Notes: generated from the letters alone by a model not told the origin. A DNA stretch of 64,000 nt from Candidatus Latescibacterota bacterium (GCA_965226795.1 CBDDDZ010000005.1:1184001-1248000); one strand, 5' to 3'; shown: positions 1 through 10,177, numbered from the stretch's first letter. Numbers and translations are program-made.

Positions 1-2
1 TT

Positions 3-542
3 GAGTTCGCTCTGCTGTTTCTTCAGTACATCCATGCGCGGGCGGGACTGCCGCCGTTCGAGGTGGTACCTGTCCTTCTTGGTAGCGTCGATCACTACCT
101 GCGCGAAGGACGGGATCCCTTGCAGGCCCCCGAGATCGCCACCGAACTTGCGGCGTTGCGGGCGGCGGTATCTGCCAGCGGCAAGCGTGCCCTCTACGTG
201 CTCAGCGTGGACCTGGCACATATCGGACCCAAATTCGGCCATCCTGAGCGGGTCGATGATGCCGCGGCGGCAGCGTGTGAGTTGACCGACCGCGACCTGC
301 TGGGTTACGCGCAACGATTCGATGCGGCGGGTTTCTGCCGTGCGTTGCAGGCAGACGGCAACGGTCGGAACGTGGACGCCGTCTCCGGGCTGTTTTCGCT
401 ACACACGCTTCTGCCCGGCGCCGAATGCCACGGCGACCTGCTCAGCTACGGGCGAAATCGCCAGGAGGATTCCGGTTCGCTGGTCAGCTACGCCAGCATG
501 GCCTTCTATCAGACGCCGTCAACACCCTCGCGGCGCGCGTGA
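3..542 (+). CDS. MEMO1 / AmmeMemoRadiSam protein B family dioxygenase-like protein, 5'-partial
   Basis: Frame open from the window edge: EFALLFLQY...VPVLLGS, SVDLAHIGPKFG, C-terminal SLVSYASMAF, typical of MEMO family. Confidence 0.8.
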   Translation, partial: EFALLFLQYIHARAGLPPFEVVPVLLGSVDHYLREGRDPLQAPEIATELAALRAAVSASGKRALYVLSVDLAHIGPKFGHPERVDDAAAAACELTDRDLLGYAQRFDAAGFCRALQADGNGRNVDAVSGLFSLHTLLPGAECHGDLLSYGRNRQEDSGSLVSYASMAFYQTPSTPSRRA

Positions 543-664
543 ACCGGCGGACTCTCCAGCGTACCGATTTCTTTCCGTCCCTCTTTTCTTGTCTCTCGCA
601 CCCTTCCCCACGGCGTGTTATATTGTCCGTGCTCCGTGAATTGGCAATCTTCCAGGAGGCCGAT

Positions 665-1510
665 ATGTCCCAGAGGTGGTTGCGCGTCGCCGCGGTTCAA
701 ATGAACGCCGAAGAGGACATCGAAGGAAATGCGCGCAGGGTTGTCGACCGGCTGAATGCCTGTGCCCGTGAGGACGTGGATGTGGCAGCGTTTCACGAAG
801 GGGTCCTGTACGGCTACTCGGACCGCCCCGAATTCTGGTCGAGCCTGGACCAGACCCGCATTGAAAGAGCCGAAACGCAGATCATCCGGGTCTGCCGGGA
901 AAAAAGCATCGCGGCCGTGGTCGGCTCGACCCATCTGGACGACGGACGGCGCTACAATAGTCTGCTCATTGTGGACCGAGACGGCACCGTGCGGGGACGC
1001 TATGGCAAGATCCATCTTGCGGGAGAACGTTGGTGTGAACCTGCCCAACACCTGCCCATCTACAGGCTCTGCGACGTACCCTCCTGTTTCCTGATCTGTC
1101 ACGATATTCGTTACCCCGAACTGGTGCGGCTGCCTGCGGCGGCCGGCGCGATGATTTGCTTTTTCTCCAGTTGTGAGAGTTCGGTCACGTCGGAGCACAA
1201 ATTGTCGGCCTATCGGGCCATGCCCATCAGCCGCGCGACCGAGAATGGCATTTACCTGGTGATGGCCAATGCGCCCGCCGATCCGTCCAATATCGACCGC
1301 GCAGGGTCATCGCATGGCGAATCAAAGATCATTCATCCGGACGGCAATGTGATGGCGGAAGCCGGTATGTTTTCGGACGAGATTATCATTCGCAGGCTGG
1401 ACCTTCGTCAGGCATCGCGAAATATCGCAATGCGGGCCGTCAATGACGTCACCTGCATCAGCGATTGGATGAAGGACGGTACGAGGCTTGTAGACGGAGG
1501 AATCGCGTGA
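665..1510 (+). CDS. Carbon-nitrogen hydrolase (nitrilase superfamily)
   Basis: GGAGG RBS before ATG 665; VAAVQM, FHEG, YGKIHL, LICHDIRYPE give the E-K-C triad. Confidence 0.9.
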   Translation: MSQRWLRVAAVQMNAEEDIEGNARRVVDRLNACAREDVDVAAFHEGVLYGYSDRPEFWSSLDQTRIERAETQIIRVCREKSIAAVVGSTHLDDGRRYNSLLIVDRDGTVRGRYGKIHLAGERWCEPAQHLPIYRLCDVPSCFLICHDIRYPELVRLPAAAGAMICFFSSCESSVTSEHKLSAYRAMPISRATENGIYLVMANAPADPSNIDRAGSSHGESKIIHPDGNVMAEAGMFSDEIIIRRLDLRQASRNIAMRAVNDVTCISDWMKDGTRLVDGGIA

Positions 1511-1541
1511 CTTGTATCTTCAGTCCGCAGACGGAGAGTGC

Positions 1542-2999
1542 ATGAGAGGATCCCGGCCGAACATCCTGTGGATTTGCACGGACCAGCAGCGCTACGATAC
1601 CATTGGCGCGCTGGGGAACCCCCACGTCAACACGCCCAATATCGATCGCCTCGTGGCCGAGGGATTCGCATTTACGCACGCGTACTGTCAGAGTCCGATC
1701 TGCACACCCAGCCGGGCGAGTTTTTTGACCGGACAATACGCGAGCGCCGTCCATGTGAATGGAAACGGCAATTCGCACTTCCCTGACACGCCTCCCCTGG
1801 TCACGAAGATGCTGGCTGACGGTGGCTACGATTGCGGATTGATTGGAAAGTTGCACCTGTCCAGCGCATTCGGGCGTGTCGAGGCGCGGGTTGATGACGG
1901 GTACCGGTACTGGCAATACAGCCACGCGCCCCGGGACGATTGGGAGACCGGGCACGACTACGCCGACTGGGTACGATCGAAGGGGGAGGTACTTGGCGAA
2001 TTAATCAACAGTCCCGATGGCGTGCCCGCGGAATTGCATCAGACCACATGGTGCTCGGAGAAAACCATCGAATTCCTGAGCGAAGCCCATGACGGCCCCT
2101 GGCTGGCCTCCGTGAATATCTACGACCCGCATCCTCCATTCAACCCGCCCAGGACGTACCGCGATCTGTTCGATCCGGAACAGGTGAACGGGCCGCTGTT
2201 CAGAGAAAGCGATCTGGCGCAGCAGGAGAAGCTGGAAGCCATCGACTTTCAATCCAAAGGGCGCCGTCCCGATGCCCTGGACATCAAGAGCCCCGTGATA
2301 CCCTGGACGCAGACCCACGGGTTGCGGGAGCCGGAGACAGCGGGAAAACAGGACGCCAAAACGCTGATCGCCGCGTATTATGCCATGATCAAATTGATCG
2401 ACGATCAACTCGGGCGGATCATTTCAGCGCTGGAAGACACCGGACAGCGCGACAATACACTCGTGATATTCACCAGCGATCATGGCGAAACATTGGGAGA
2501 CCATGGGCTGATTCAGAAGGGATGCCGTTTTTACGAAGGCCTGGTGCGGGTGCCGCTTATTTTTTCGTGGCCGGGTCGGGTAAATTTGGGGCAGAGGAGC
2601 GACGCGCTCGTCGAATTGCGCGACATCGCCCCGCTCCTTCTGGAATTGGCCGGGTTACCGGTTCCGGAGCGCATGCAGGCGTGTTCTTTGTTGCCCATGC
2701 TCGGCGGCGAGAAACCAGCGGACGAACATCGCGAATTCGTGCGCTGTGAATTTTACGACGCGCTGGACCAGGCCGACGGGACGTTTGCCACGATGTATCG
2801 CGACCGCCGGTACAAGCTTGTGGTCTATCACGGTCACGGCCTGGGCGAGCTTTACGACCTGGGCGAAGATCCGGGGGAGTTTGAGAATCTCTGGGACAGC
2901 GCCGATCACGCGGACTTGAAACTCGACCTGATGCAGCGCAGTTTCGATGCGTCCATGCTCGCCATGGACAGAGGACCGGAACGCATCGGACCGATGTGA
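1542..2999 (+). CDS. Sulfatase (formylglycine-dependent, choline-sulfatase-like)
   Basis: RPNILWICTDQQR, CTPSRASFLTG (CxPxR), GKLHL, FTSDHG. Confidence 0.93.
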   Translation: MRGSRPNILWICTDQQRYDTIGALGNPHVNTPNIDRLVAEGFAFTHAYCQSPICTPSRASFLTGQYASAVHVNGNGNSHFPDTPPLVTKMLADGGYDCGLIGKLHLSSAFGRVEARVDDGYRYWQYSHAPRDDWETGHDYADWVRSKGEVLGELINSPDGVPAELHQTTWCSEKTIEFLSEAHDGPWLASVNIYDPHPPFNPPRTYRDLFDPEQVNGPLFRESDLAQQEKLEAIDFQSKGRRPDALDIKSPVIPWTQTHGLREPETAGKQDAKTLIAAYYAMIKLIDDQLGRIISALEDTGQRDNTLVIFTSDHGETLGDHGLIQKGCRFYEGLVRVPLIFSWPGRVNLGQRSDALVELRDIAPLLLELAGLPVPERMQACSLLPMLGGEKPADEHREFVRCEFYDALDQADGTFATMYRDRRYKLVVYHGHGLGELYDLGEDPGEFENLWDSADHADLKLDLMQRSFDASMLAMDRGPERIGPM

Positions 3000-3540
3000 G
3001 GGAGGGGAAGTTGGCGCTTGCTTAATGGACGTTCCGACGCAACCTCTTTTCGGCATTCAGTTGATCCTGTTATTATTTCGCCGGTTTTGTTACACTATAA
3101 ACGAGATGTCACAATCCTCGTGTTATTGCATCGTATCCAAATCTGCTCCTGCGCCAAAACCCGGCGGTGCAGGATTCGGCCTGACAATTGGATTACTACG
3201 TTCTTAGACACAGCTTATCGCTCAAGAATATGGTGACCTCTTAACCACACTACCGGAGACATTGTAAGTGTCTGCAACATCACTCGCGTTAAAGTTGCCA
3301 GCCAGGATTTGCGAAACCCGCGAACATCAAGCCGAGTTGCCTTTTACCGTTCGGTATTTGGACGTTAAGCCGTCCCGAAACGCATTGTCCGAGTATATTA
3401 TAGACATAAATTGTTAAATACAATGGATTAATGTCTGATATTGTGATTATCATAACACTAATTGCCGTCATCGAAATAACGAGGACTAGCGTCTGCTAAT
3501 CAGCAGAATCCGGCTGAATCAAAGCGGAGGAGCCCAGGTC

Positions 3541-4722
3541 GTGCAGAGAAACGGAACCAATGACGCGCCGGAGTTCTCAGAGGATGCGGCTGAGTTAAAG
3601 AAGCGAGTTATCCGATCTCTAAGAGCTCAGGGATTTCGCGTCAGGAACGGGTCGATACTACCTCCGCAGGGTCTTACGAAAGAGGGGATCCGTAAGCTTC
3701 ATGAAACGTCAATTAAGCACAAGATTGCACAAGCAAAAGGTGGTCTCATTCGCAGAGAACCAGATCTTCTAAACTATATTGCATCAGGAAATGAGATTTC
3801 TCCAACGAGAATCCGGCCGCGATTGGTAGAGGTGAAGTCGGGGTCGAAAGAGGAGCTTCTCTTTAGATATGCGAGCGTCCATTGGAGCATTCCTGTATCA
3901 TCAGGATACGGACGACGTTTAAGGTTTGTGGTTATCGATGAAGACAACGGCAAGCTTATGGGTTTGATCGGGCTGGGTGACCCCGTCTACAACTTGAGGC
4001 CGCGAGATGAATGGATTGGATGGACTGCGGCTGACCGGAGGGGGCGTCTAACTCACGTCATGGACGCATTCGTCCTTGGTGCCGTACCTCCCTACTCGTT
4101 TCTACTGTGCGGGAAACTTGTCGCAATGTTAGCAGTTGCGAGCACGGTTATTGATGCATTTAAGGAAAAATACGGTGGCGGGCGTTCGGTTATCCGGGAC
4201 AGACTGCATGATGGACGTCTCGCTATGCTCACTACAACATCAGCCCTCGGACGTTCATCCGTCTACAATCGGCTCCGATTCGACGATAGACTTCTCTATC
4301 GGAGCGTAGGCTTCACCAAGGGGTCGGGCGAGTTTCATTTCTCAAATGGTATCTATAGCGAAATAGCCAAGTTTGCTTCGGAACATTGTAAACCCACTGC
4401 AAAACAAAAACAGTGGGGAACTGGATTTCGCAATCGGCGGGAGATCATTAAGAAGTGCCTTCCCGCCCTCGGGCTGTCGAGCGAATGGCTTTACCATGGC
4501 ATTGAGCGGGAAGTTTTCGTCGTTCCACTAGCTAGCAATACTCGGGATTTTCTTCAGGGGAAACAGGATGATTTATTGTGTTATACTCAATCTGAAGACG
4601 AGATATTCGAATACTTCCGAGATCGATGGATGCTTCCACGCAATGCGTGGGATCGACGATTCATGTCGTGGTCCAAATGGGAATGGGCGATTTGGCTGAA
4701 TAGAAAAAATGTGCGTGACTGA
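3541..4722 (+). CDS. druA: Druantia DruA-like protein (DUF4338)
   Basis: GGAGG RBS before GTG; WSIPVSSGYGRRLRFVV, GLIGLGDPVYNLRPRDEWIGW, MDAFVLGAVPPYSFLLCGKLVA, TTTSALGRSSVYNR match my recollection of DruA. Confidence 0.8.
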   Translation: MQRNGTNDAPEFSEDAAELKKRVIRSLRAQGFRVRNGSILPPQGLTKEGIRKLHETSIKHKIAQAKGGLIRREPDLLNYIASGNEISPTRIRPRLVEVKSGSKEELLFRYASVHWSIPVSSGYGRRLRFVVIDEDNGKLMGLIGLGDPVYNLRPRDEWIGWTAADRRGRLTHVMDAFVLGAVPPYSFLLCGKLVAMLAVASTVIDAFKEKYGGGRSVIRDRLHDGRLAMLTTTSALGRSSVYNRLRFDDRLLYRSVGFTKGSGEFHFSNGIYSEIAKFASEHCKPTAKQKQWGTGFRNRREIIKKCLPALGLSSEWLYHGIEREVFVVPLASNTRDFLQGKQDDLLCYTQSEDEIFEYFRDRWMLPRNAWDRRFMSWSKWEWAIWLNRKNVRD

Positions 4723-4760
4723 CGCGCTGCCGACGATAAACGAAATATCGGAGCTTCCCC

Positions 4761-7289
4761 ATGGCAGATCGTATTCAACTTAGTGATGCGCAGCGCAGAT
4801 ATCTACTTGATCCACGATATCTACCCAATTCGATCTGTATAAACGATAAGACCTACACACCTGAGGAACCCATACATTCTGGGTACAAGGGGGTGATATG
4901 GCGTGTTAAAGACGAGTTCGGTCGTCTACGGGCGCTAAAGCTCTGCATTTACGCCGACTATCTAGATCGTTCCTATCTGCAAGAAATGACGAGAGCGTCC
5001 GCTCTCGAACCGTATCGCGAATTTGCGTCTTTTGTGGATGCTGGGCTTGTCGAGAAAAGTATTGGCCCCCTGGAGAAACAAAAGTATGTATGCTTCGTTG
5101 AAGAATGGATTGACGGGTTGACGCTCGAGAGCTTTGTTCGAAAGCAAGCCAGCGTCGTCACAGCATCCTTTATGCTCGCTTATGTAAAGGCTTTGTGTCA
5201 CGCCTTGCACGCGCTCCATGTAATTGGTTTAAGGCATGATGATCTACACGCAGGAAATGTAATGCTTGAACGACCTGCACCGGGCGACCTTGCTGATGAA
5301 TGGAAAGTAAGAGTCGTTGATACAGGTAGCATTAAGCCATTAGACTCGAAGCTAACAAAACAAAGGACCGACCATCAAAATTACGTCGGACACATCGTCC
5401 TTCTTTGGAACACGGTCAAGGCGCGTAAAGATACGACCATCCGGGATCGTCGTTTTCTAAAAGAGACAGAGCATCTACTTCGAACCATGCTGGATGATGA
5501 TCCAAGCATCGCACTAGTAGAACCTGCTCAAATCATCAGACAATTCGAGCTAGCGTATACTCGCACCTGTCTGTCGCCGTTGGATCAAGAAAGCAGACCG
5601 GAGCCAGGGGACCCATTCGAGTTCATTTCGGCGGAACATATCGCCGATGATCGATTACTCGTTCGGATGTTTGCTCGTTCCTGTCCCTTTTTGGAGAAGG
5701 TCGATGGTCCGGACCCATGCTTGGTCACAGGTCCGCGCGGTTGCGGCAAATCAACCATATTTCGGTGGTTAAGCCTTAAGGCACATTTGCACCAATCTGT
5801 TGAGGAAATCGAACCATTTCGTATCGCGGGGTTTTACGTTTCTTGCAGTAGCGATCTCCAAAATAGACTCGCGTGTATACAGACCGAGGCGTTAGCCAGG
5901 AAGTTCCAACGAGAGATCGTCCACTACTTCAACCTTCTACTAGCTCGTGAGGTCGTGCACACTCTCTCCCTAATCTCTGCTCGTGAAGACCACCAAAGCT
6001 ATTGGGGATTTGGAACGGAGCAAGGGGAAATTGTCGGCAATTTCATTCTCTCCGCGTTGAGTGCCACCACCCGTCCGCGCGTCCAAGGTGTTCCCCACTT
6101 GGTGCAAGTGTTGGAGGCCATCGAAGCGGAAATGTTTGCGACTCATCGCAAGATGCAGGATGGCGTTAACATTTCGTCGTTTTCGGGCAATTCCTTTCTG
6201 GGTGATTTGACGACTTTGCTGGCCAGGGAGGTACCGTATTTCAGTCGGAAACGCATAGCGTTTCTGGTGGATGACTTTTCCTCGCATCGTTTACCCGAGT
6301 TTGTACAGCGAGTAATAAACCAAGTAATCTGGGAGAGAAGACCATCCCATGTATTCAAGCTTTCCTCTGAAAAATTTGGTGCAATTCTTCTTGGCGGTCT
6401 CGACGCAACCGCGGAAGTTGGCAGGGAAATGATAGAAATCGATTGCGGAAGGGAATATGTTGCGTTAGACGACTCCAACCAGGTCTCGCGCACAAGGGTT
6501 TTTGCAATTGAACTGCTGGATAACCGGCTCAAGGCGGCGTCCTATAAGGGTACCTCGCGGACGTTGATTGGCCACTCCAAATGGCCGGAGGGCAGCCTAG
6601 GGCGAGCCCTTGCCGAGAAAAGCGAAGGGAGGTCGAACGATCAATATCATGGGATCGAATGCATCGCGGATCTGTGTTCTGGTGACGCTTCGACGCTTCT
6701 GTTTGTTTATCGAAGGATCTTTGATCGGGGCGGTGTAACACGGGATACAACGGCTTGCATTCCTAAGGCGGCACAGCATGGAGCCATCGTTAGTGCATCA
6801 AGGGAACTATTTGAAGCAATCAAACACCACTATCCGTTTGGTCCCGATATGTATACGATCGTTAATTCCTTTGGAAACCTTGTGCGAAATGTCCTTCAAA
6901 AGGGGAGGTGGCTGAAGAAGGGTAATAAGACTACACCGTCACAGGTACCGAGGATCGAACTAGATCAAAGAGAGGGTACTGTATCGGACAGTCTAAACGA
7001 AAACCAACAGAAACTCGCTGATGAGTTAGTTCGGCGAGCCATTTTTATAGAAATGGAGCCAGGTCTCTCACGGCACCAAAACTTGACGACACTACGCTGG
7101 CACATGCGCAGGGTTTATTTGCCGACATTTGGAGCGGCTTTGGCAAAAAACGACGCGATTAAGGGTCGTATTGATTGGTTCAAATATTTCCTTACCAATC
7201 CGCAGGAGGCTTGTTCTTTGATCTGGAATAAAAGGCCAAAACGGGTCGAGGAGCCCGAAGGATTGCCCCTATTTAATCAGCGGAAATGA
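4761..7289 (+). CDS. Protein kinase domain fused to ORC/CDC6-like (STAND/AAA+) P-loop ATPase
   Basis: Kinase motifs SGYKGVIW, ALK, LQE, EEWIDG, HDDLHAGN, VVDTG; then Walker A GPRGCGKS (5730-5753) and Walker B IAFLVDD; helical C-terminus. Confidence 0.8.
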   Translation: MADRIQLSDAQRRYLLDPRYLPNSICINDKTYTPEEPIHSGYKGVIWRVKDEFGRLRALKLCIYADYLDRSYLQEMTRASALEPYREFASFVDAGLVEKSIGPLEKQKYVCFVEEWIDGLTLESFVRKQASVVTASFMLAYVKALCHALHALHVIGLRHDDLHAGNVMLERPAPGDLADEWKVRVVDTGSIKPLDSKLTKQRTDHQNYVGHIVLLWNTVKARKDTTIRDRRFLKETEHLLRTMLDDDPSIALVEPAQIIRQFELAYTRTCLSPLDQESRPEPGDPFEFISAEHIADDRLLVRMFARSCPFLEKVDGPDPCLVTGPRGCGKSTIFRWLSLKAHLHQSVEEIEPFRIAGFYVSCSSDLQNRLACIQTEALARKFQREIVHYFNLLLAREVVHTLSLISAREDHQSYWGFGTEQGEIVGNFILSALSATTRPRVQGVPHLVQVLEAIEAEMFATHRKMQDGVNISSFSGNSFLGDLTTLLAREVPYFSRKRIAFLVDDFSSHRLPEFVQRVINQVIWERRPSHVFKLSSEKFGAILLGGLDATAEVGREMIEIDCGREYVALDDSNQVSRTRVFAIELLDNRLKAASYKGTSRTLIGHSKWPEGSLGRALAEKSEGRSNDQYHGIECIADLCSGDASTLLFVYRRIFDRGGVTRDTTACIPKAAQHGAIVSASRELFEAIKHHYPFGPDMYTIVNSFGNLVRNVLQKGRWLKKGNKTTPSQVPRIELDQREGTVSDSLNENQQKLADELVRRAIFIEMEPGLSRHQNLTTLRWHMRRVYLPTFGAALAKNDAIKGRIDWFKYFLTNPQEACSLIWNKRPKRVEEPEGLPLFNQRK

Positions 7290-7337
7290 CATCGTTCTCT
7301 ATTCTTCGTGATGAGCAGTGGCTAATATGGGACTGCA

Positions 7338-8444
7338 ATGCCAAAGATCGTTAGGTGTGAGTTAACAGATAAAATTAACAACCTGAGTTCGATTAGTCGT
7401 TTGGAGCGGGATGAATTGGGAACTGCGTATCCCGATGATCTCTTTCTCTGCGCACTAGGTTTCGAGCCCCGGTGCTTGACGCTACCCTCGCGGCTGAATG
7501 ATGCCGGATATCAAACTACGAGGGCCTACTACTTCAAATACAGCACAAACTTAGAGGACAATGCAGTTAACCTTTCTGAGTTGGAACGGTGCTTATTAAG
7601 GATTGCACCAATCGCTGAGCCAATAGAAGCCGACACGTTGGACCTTCCCACAAAGCTCAGTTCACTGCTCGATCTGGCATTGGGCGATTCGGAGACAAGG
7701 CCGCTTAGGGTAACAATGGATATTAGTGTGGCCGCCAATCGACTCTTGCTCCGGTGTCTTAGGGTTCTATTGAGATATGATATACGTTTACGAGTCATTT
7801 ATTCCGAGGCAGCTGTCTACCACCCCACCAGAGAAGAGTATGAGAGAAACGCCGCCCAGTGGGAAAAAGCAGGATTACTTGGCTTAGAACGAGGTGTTAG
7901 CGATGTGATGCCAAGCATTGATCATCCGGGTGACGATTTGGACCCGCAGCCAGATTCTCTAATTCTCTTTCCAAGCTTTAAGGCTGACAGAAGCAAGGCC
8001 GTTATCAGTTCAGTTGACCCCTCACTATTGCAAAATCCCGGCGATAAGGTTATATGGCTGCCCGGTGTTCCTCATGTTGACAAAGACCGATGGCGTCTCG
8101 AAGCAATGAAGAGAATCAATGGTATTGGCGAGGGCACCCGCCACTTTGAGATAAGCACCTTCGACTACAAGCAGACATTGCAGTGCCTAGAGGGTCTACA
8201 TGCTGAATTGTCAGAGAAACGACGGATCACGGTATCCCCATTGGGGTCAAAAATGCAGGCACTTGGAACAGCGCTGTTCTGTTATATGCATCCGGACATA
8301 CGCGTTATTTTGTCAACTCCGATAGAGTATAACGCTACGCAGTATTCGGAGGGCTGCAAGGAGATATGGAAGATTGACTTCGGGCCTCTTAGGGAGCTAC
8401 GTGAGTGTTTGGACCAAGTGGGAACGCTTCAGATTGTCGATTGA
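7338..8444 (+). CDS. Hypothetical protein with two tandem Rossmann/CARF-like repeats
   Basis: 368-aa ORF in the same operon; paired motifs LFLCALGFEPR/LILFPSFKADR, VTMDISVAANR/ITVSPLGSK, LRVIYSEAAVY/IRVILSTPIEY. The ORF is secure; the fold call is inference. Confidence 0.6.
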   Translation: MPKIVRCELTDKINNLSSISRLERDELGTAYPDDLFLCALGFEPRCLTLPSRLNDAGYQTTRAYYFKYSTNLEDNAVNLSELERCLLRIAPIAEPIEADTLDLPTKLSSLLDLALGDSETRPLRVTMDISVAANRLLLRCLRVLLRYDIRLRVIYSEAAVYHPTREEYERNAAQWEKAGLLGLERGVSDVMPSIDHPGDDLDPQPDSLILFPSFKADRSKAVISSVDPSLLQNPGDKVIWLPGVPHVDKDRWRLEAMKRINGIGEGTRHFEISTFDYKQTLQCLEGLHAELSEKRRITVSPLGSKMQALGTALFCYMHPDIRVILSTPIEYNATQYSEGCKEIWKIDFGPLRELRECLDQVGTLQIVD

Positions 8445-8920
8445 ATCTCTCATTAAGGAAAGAACCAACTATTGCTTAACATCTTATACCTCTGCGCTAT
8501 AACGAAACGTGCGAATGGACAGAAGTCCCGTCTACAACAGTCAGGATTACCCAAATGGTAAAAAACAAAGGTACACAGCTTGCTACTGCCGATAGAGAGC
8601 GATAATTGTGGCTGCCTTACTTATTGGGATTCCTACCCTCGCTTCAAGATCGCCATCAGCCATCCATGAATTTCCTTTTCCGAATTGGTTAGGTTCGGGT
8701 GGCACCTCCGTCAATGGAGCCGCACCAACAGTAGAAGGCCCCCTAATAATTGATTAAGCATATGCGAAAAACCTTCCGGGATATCCTGCACGTGCAATCG
8801 TGGTCGCGCATTCGATCCACTGAAAAATTGAGGTGGAAATTCGGTTATTGGTGGCACTAACTCTGAACACGCATTGGCACTAATTTGAGGTCGACCTCGC
8901 ACCAGAACTGCGAATAGCCC

Positions 8921-10177
8921 TCACTCCCCCGTGTACCCCCGCGATGCCCAGACTTTTTTGGCCAGCTCTTTTGCGTCGTCTGACGGTTCGATTTCGCCAA
9001 GAATGCTGCTGGGCGGCTGTCCGTCCTTTTTGCGGGCGGGATCGGGCGACCAGTCGTCGTCTTCGTATCTTTTGCGCACCGATTCGTCGCGGAAGTCGGG
9101 CACTTCCATGGTGGCCGAGTCGTTCAGCGCGGAACGCCACGCCTGGATGCCGGCGATGCTCATGTCCAGGCCGCGATATACATCGAGATAGGGTGGCTCT
9201 CCGTTACGGATCGCCTCGGCAAAGTGGTAGGTGGTGAAAAAGTCGCCGCCGCCGTGTCCGGTGCGGGTTGCCCGGTTATGGTGGATGGGGAAGTCGGGGT
9301 TGTAGACCGTTTCGACCGGCTCGCCCCTGCGTTTTTCCCACGGTTCGTACCAGACGCGCAGCCGCTGTTTGTCGCCGTGACGGCAGTTCTCCATCACCCC
9401 CTTGTTGCCGTGGATGCGGACGTAGTTTCCGTGACCGCGCAGTCCGCCGTGCAGTGACTTCATCACCGCGTCGTTGTCCATCCGGCAGATGATCACCGCG
9501 GCGGTGTCCGAACGCCTCATGTGCAGCGTCTGGGCGGGGTCGGTGAAATCAAAGGGGATGACAAAGCCGTTCACCCTCGTGGGTCTGGTGTCTGTGATGT
9601 ACATCACCGGGGCGATGGAATGGGTGCAGTAGTACGTGGCGGGGATCCAGTTGCGCCAGTGGTCTCGGCCGCAACTTCGCGCCAGTTTCACCTCGGGCGG
9701 GTCCGGGTGGACGTATTCGCCCTCGCCGTATTTGAACTCACCCACGCGACCCTTCCGGTAGAGCCGCTTCATCTCCTGGTTAAAGACCATGTAGGGGTAA
9801 TTCTCGGCGAACATGTAGATCTTTCCGCTTTTTTCGACAGCCCTCGCCAGGGCCACGCCTTCGCCCAGCGTGTGGCAGGCCGAGGTCTCGCTCATCACGT
9901 GCTTTCCGGCGTTGAGCGCTTTTATGGCAAGCGGGGCGTGCTGGTGAAAATAGTTGGCCAGCACCACCGCGTCCATGTCGCAGCCGAGAAATTCGTCGTA
10001 ATCGACGCAGGTCCGTACATTCAGCGTCTCGCCTTCCGCGATCAGCCGCTCTTCCCAGGTGTCGCAGATGGCAACCAGTTCCATGCCGGTCGCTCCTGCC
10101 GCCCGCGTAAAGGACCGGCCTCGGCCGACGCCGACCACGCCGACCCGGATTCGCTGTTTGCCGCGCTTACTCGCCAT
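8921..10177 (-). CDS. Gfo/Idh/MocA family oxidoreductase
   Basis: RVGVVGVGRG, GKHVMSE, YMFAENY, GHGGGDF. Confidence 0.9.
   Translation of the reverse strand: MASKRGKQRIRVGVVGVGRGRSFTRAAGATGMELVAICDTWEERLIAEGETLNVRTCVDYDEFLGCDMDAVVLANYFHQHAPLAIKALNAGKHVMSETSACHTLGEGVALARAVEKSGKIYMFAENYPYMVFNQEMKRLYRKGRVGEFKYGEGEYVHPDPPEVKLARSCGRDHWRNWIPATYYCTHSIAPVMYITDTRPTRVNGFVIPFDFTDPAQTLHMRRSDTAAVIICRMDNDAVMKSLHGGLRGHGNYVRIHGNKGVMENCRHGDKQRLRVWYEPWEKRRGEPVETVYNPDFPIHHNRATRTGHGGGDFFTTYHFAEAIRNGEPPYLDVYRGLDMSIAGIQAWRSALNDSATMEVPDFRDESVRKRYEDDDWSPDPARKKDGQPPSSILGEIEPSDDAKELAKKVWASRGYTGE

Noticed and set aside
3541..8444. Canonical Druantia system
   Set aside because: No DruE helicase or DruB/C/D/H/M/F/G-like ORFs recognised in the window.
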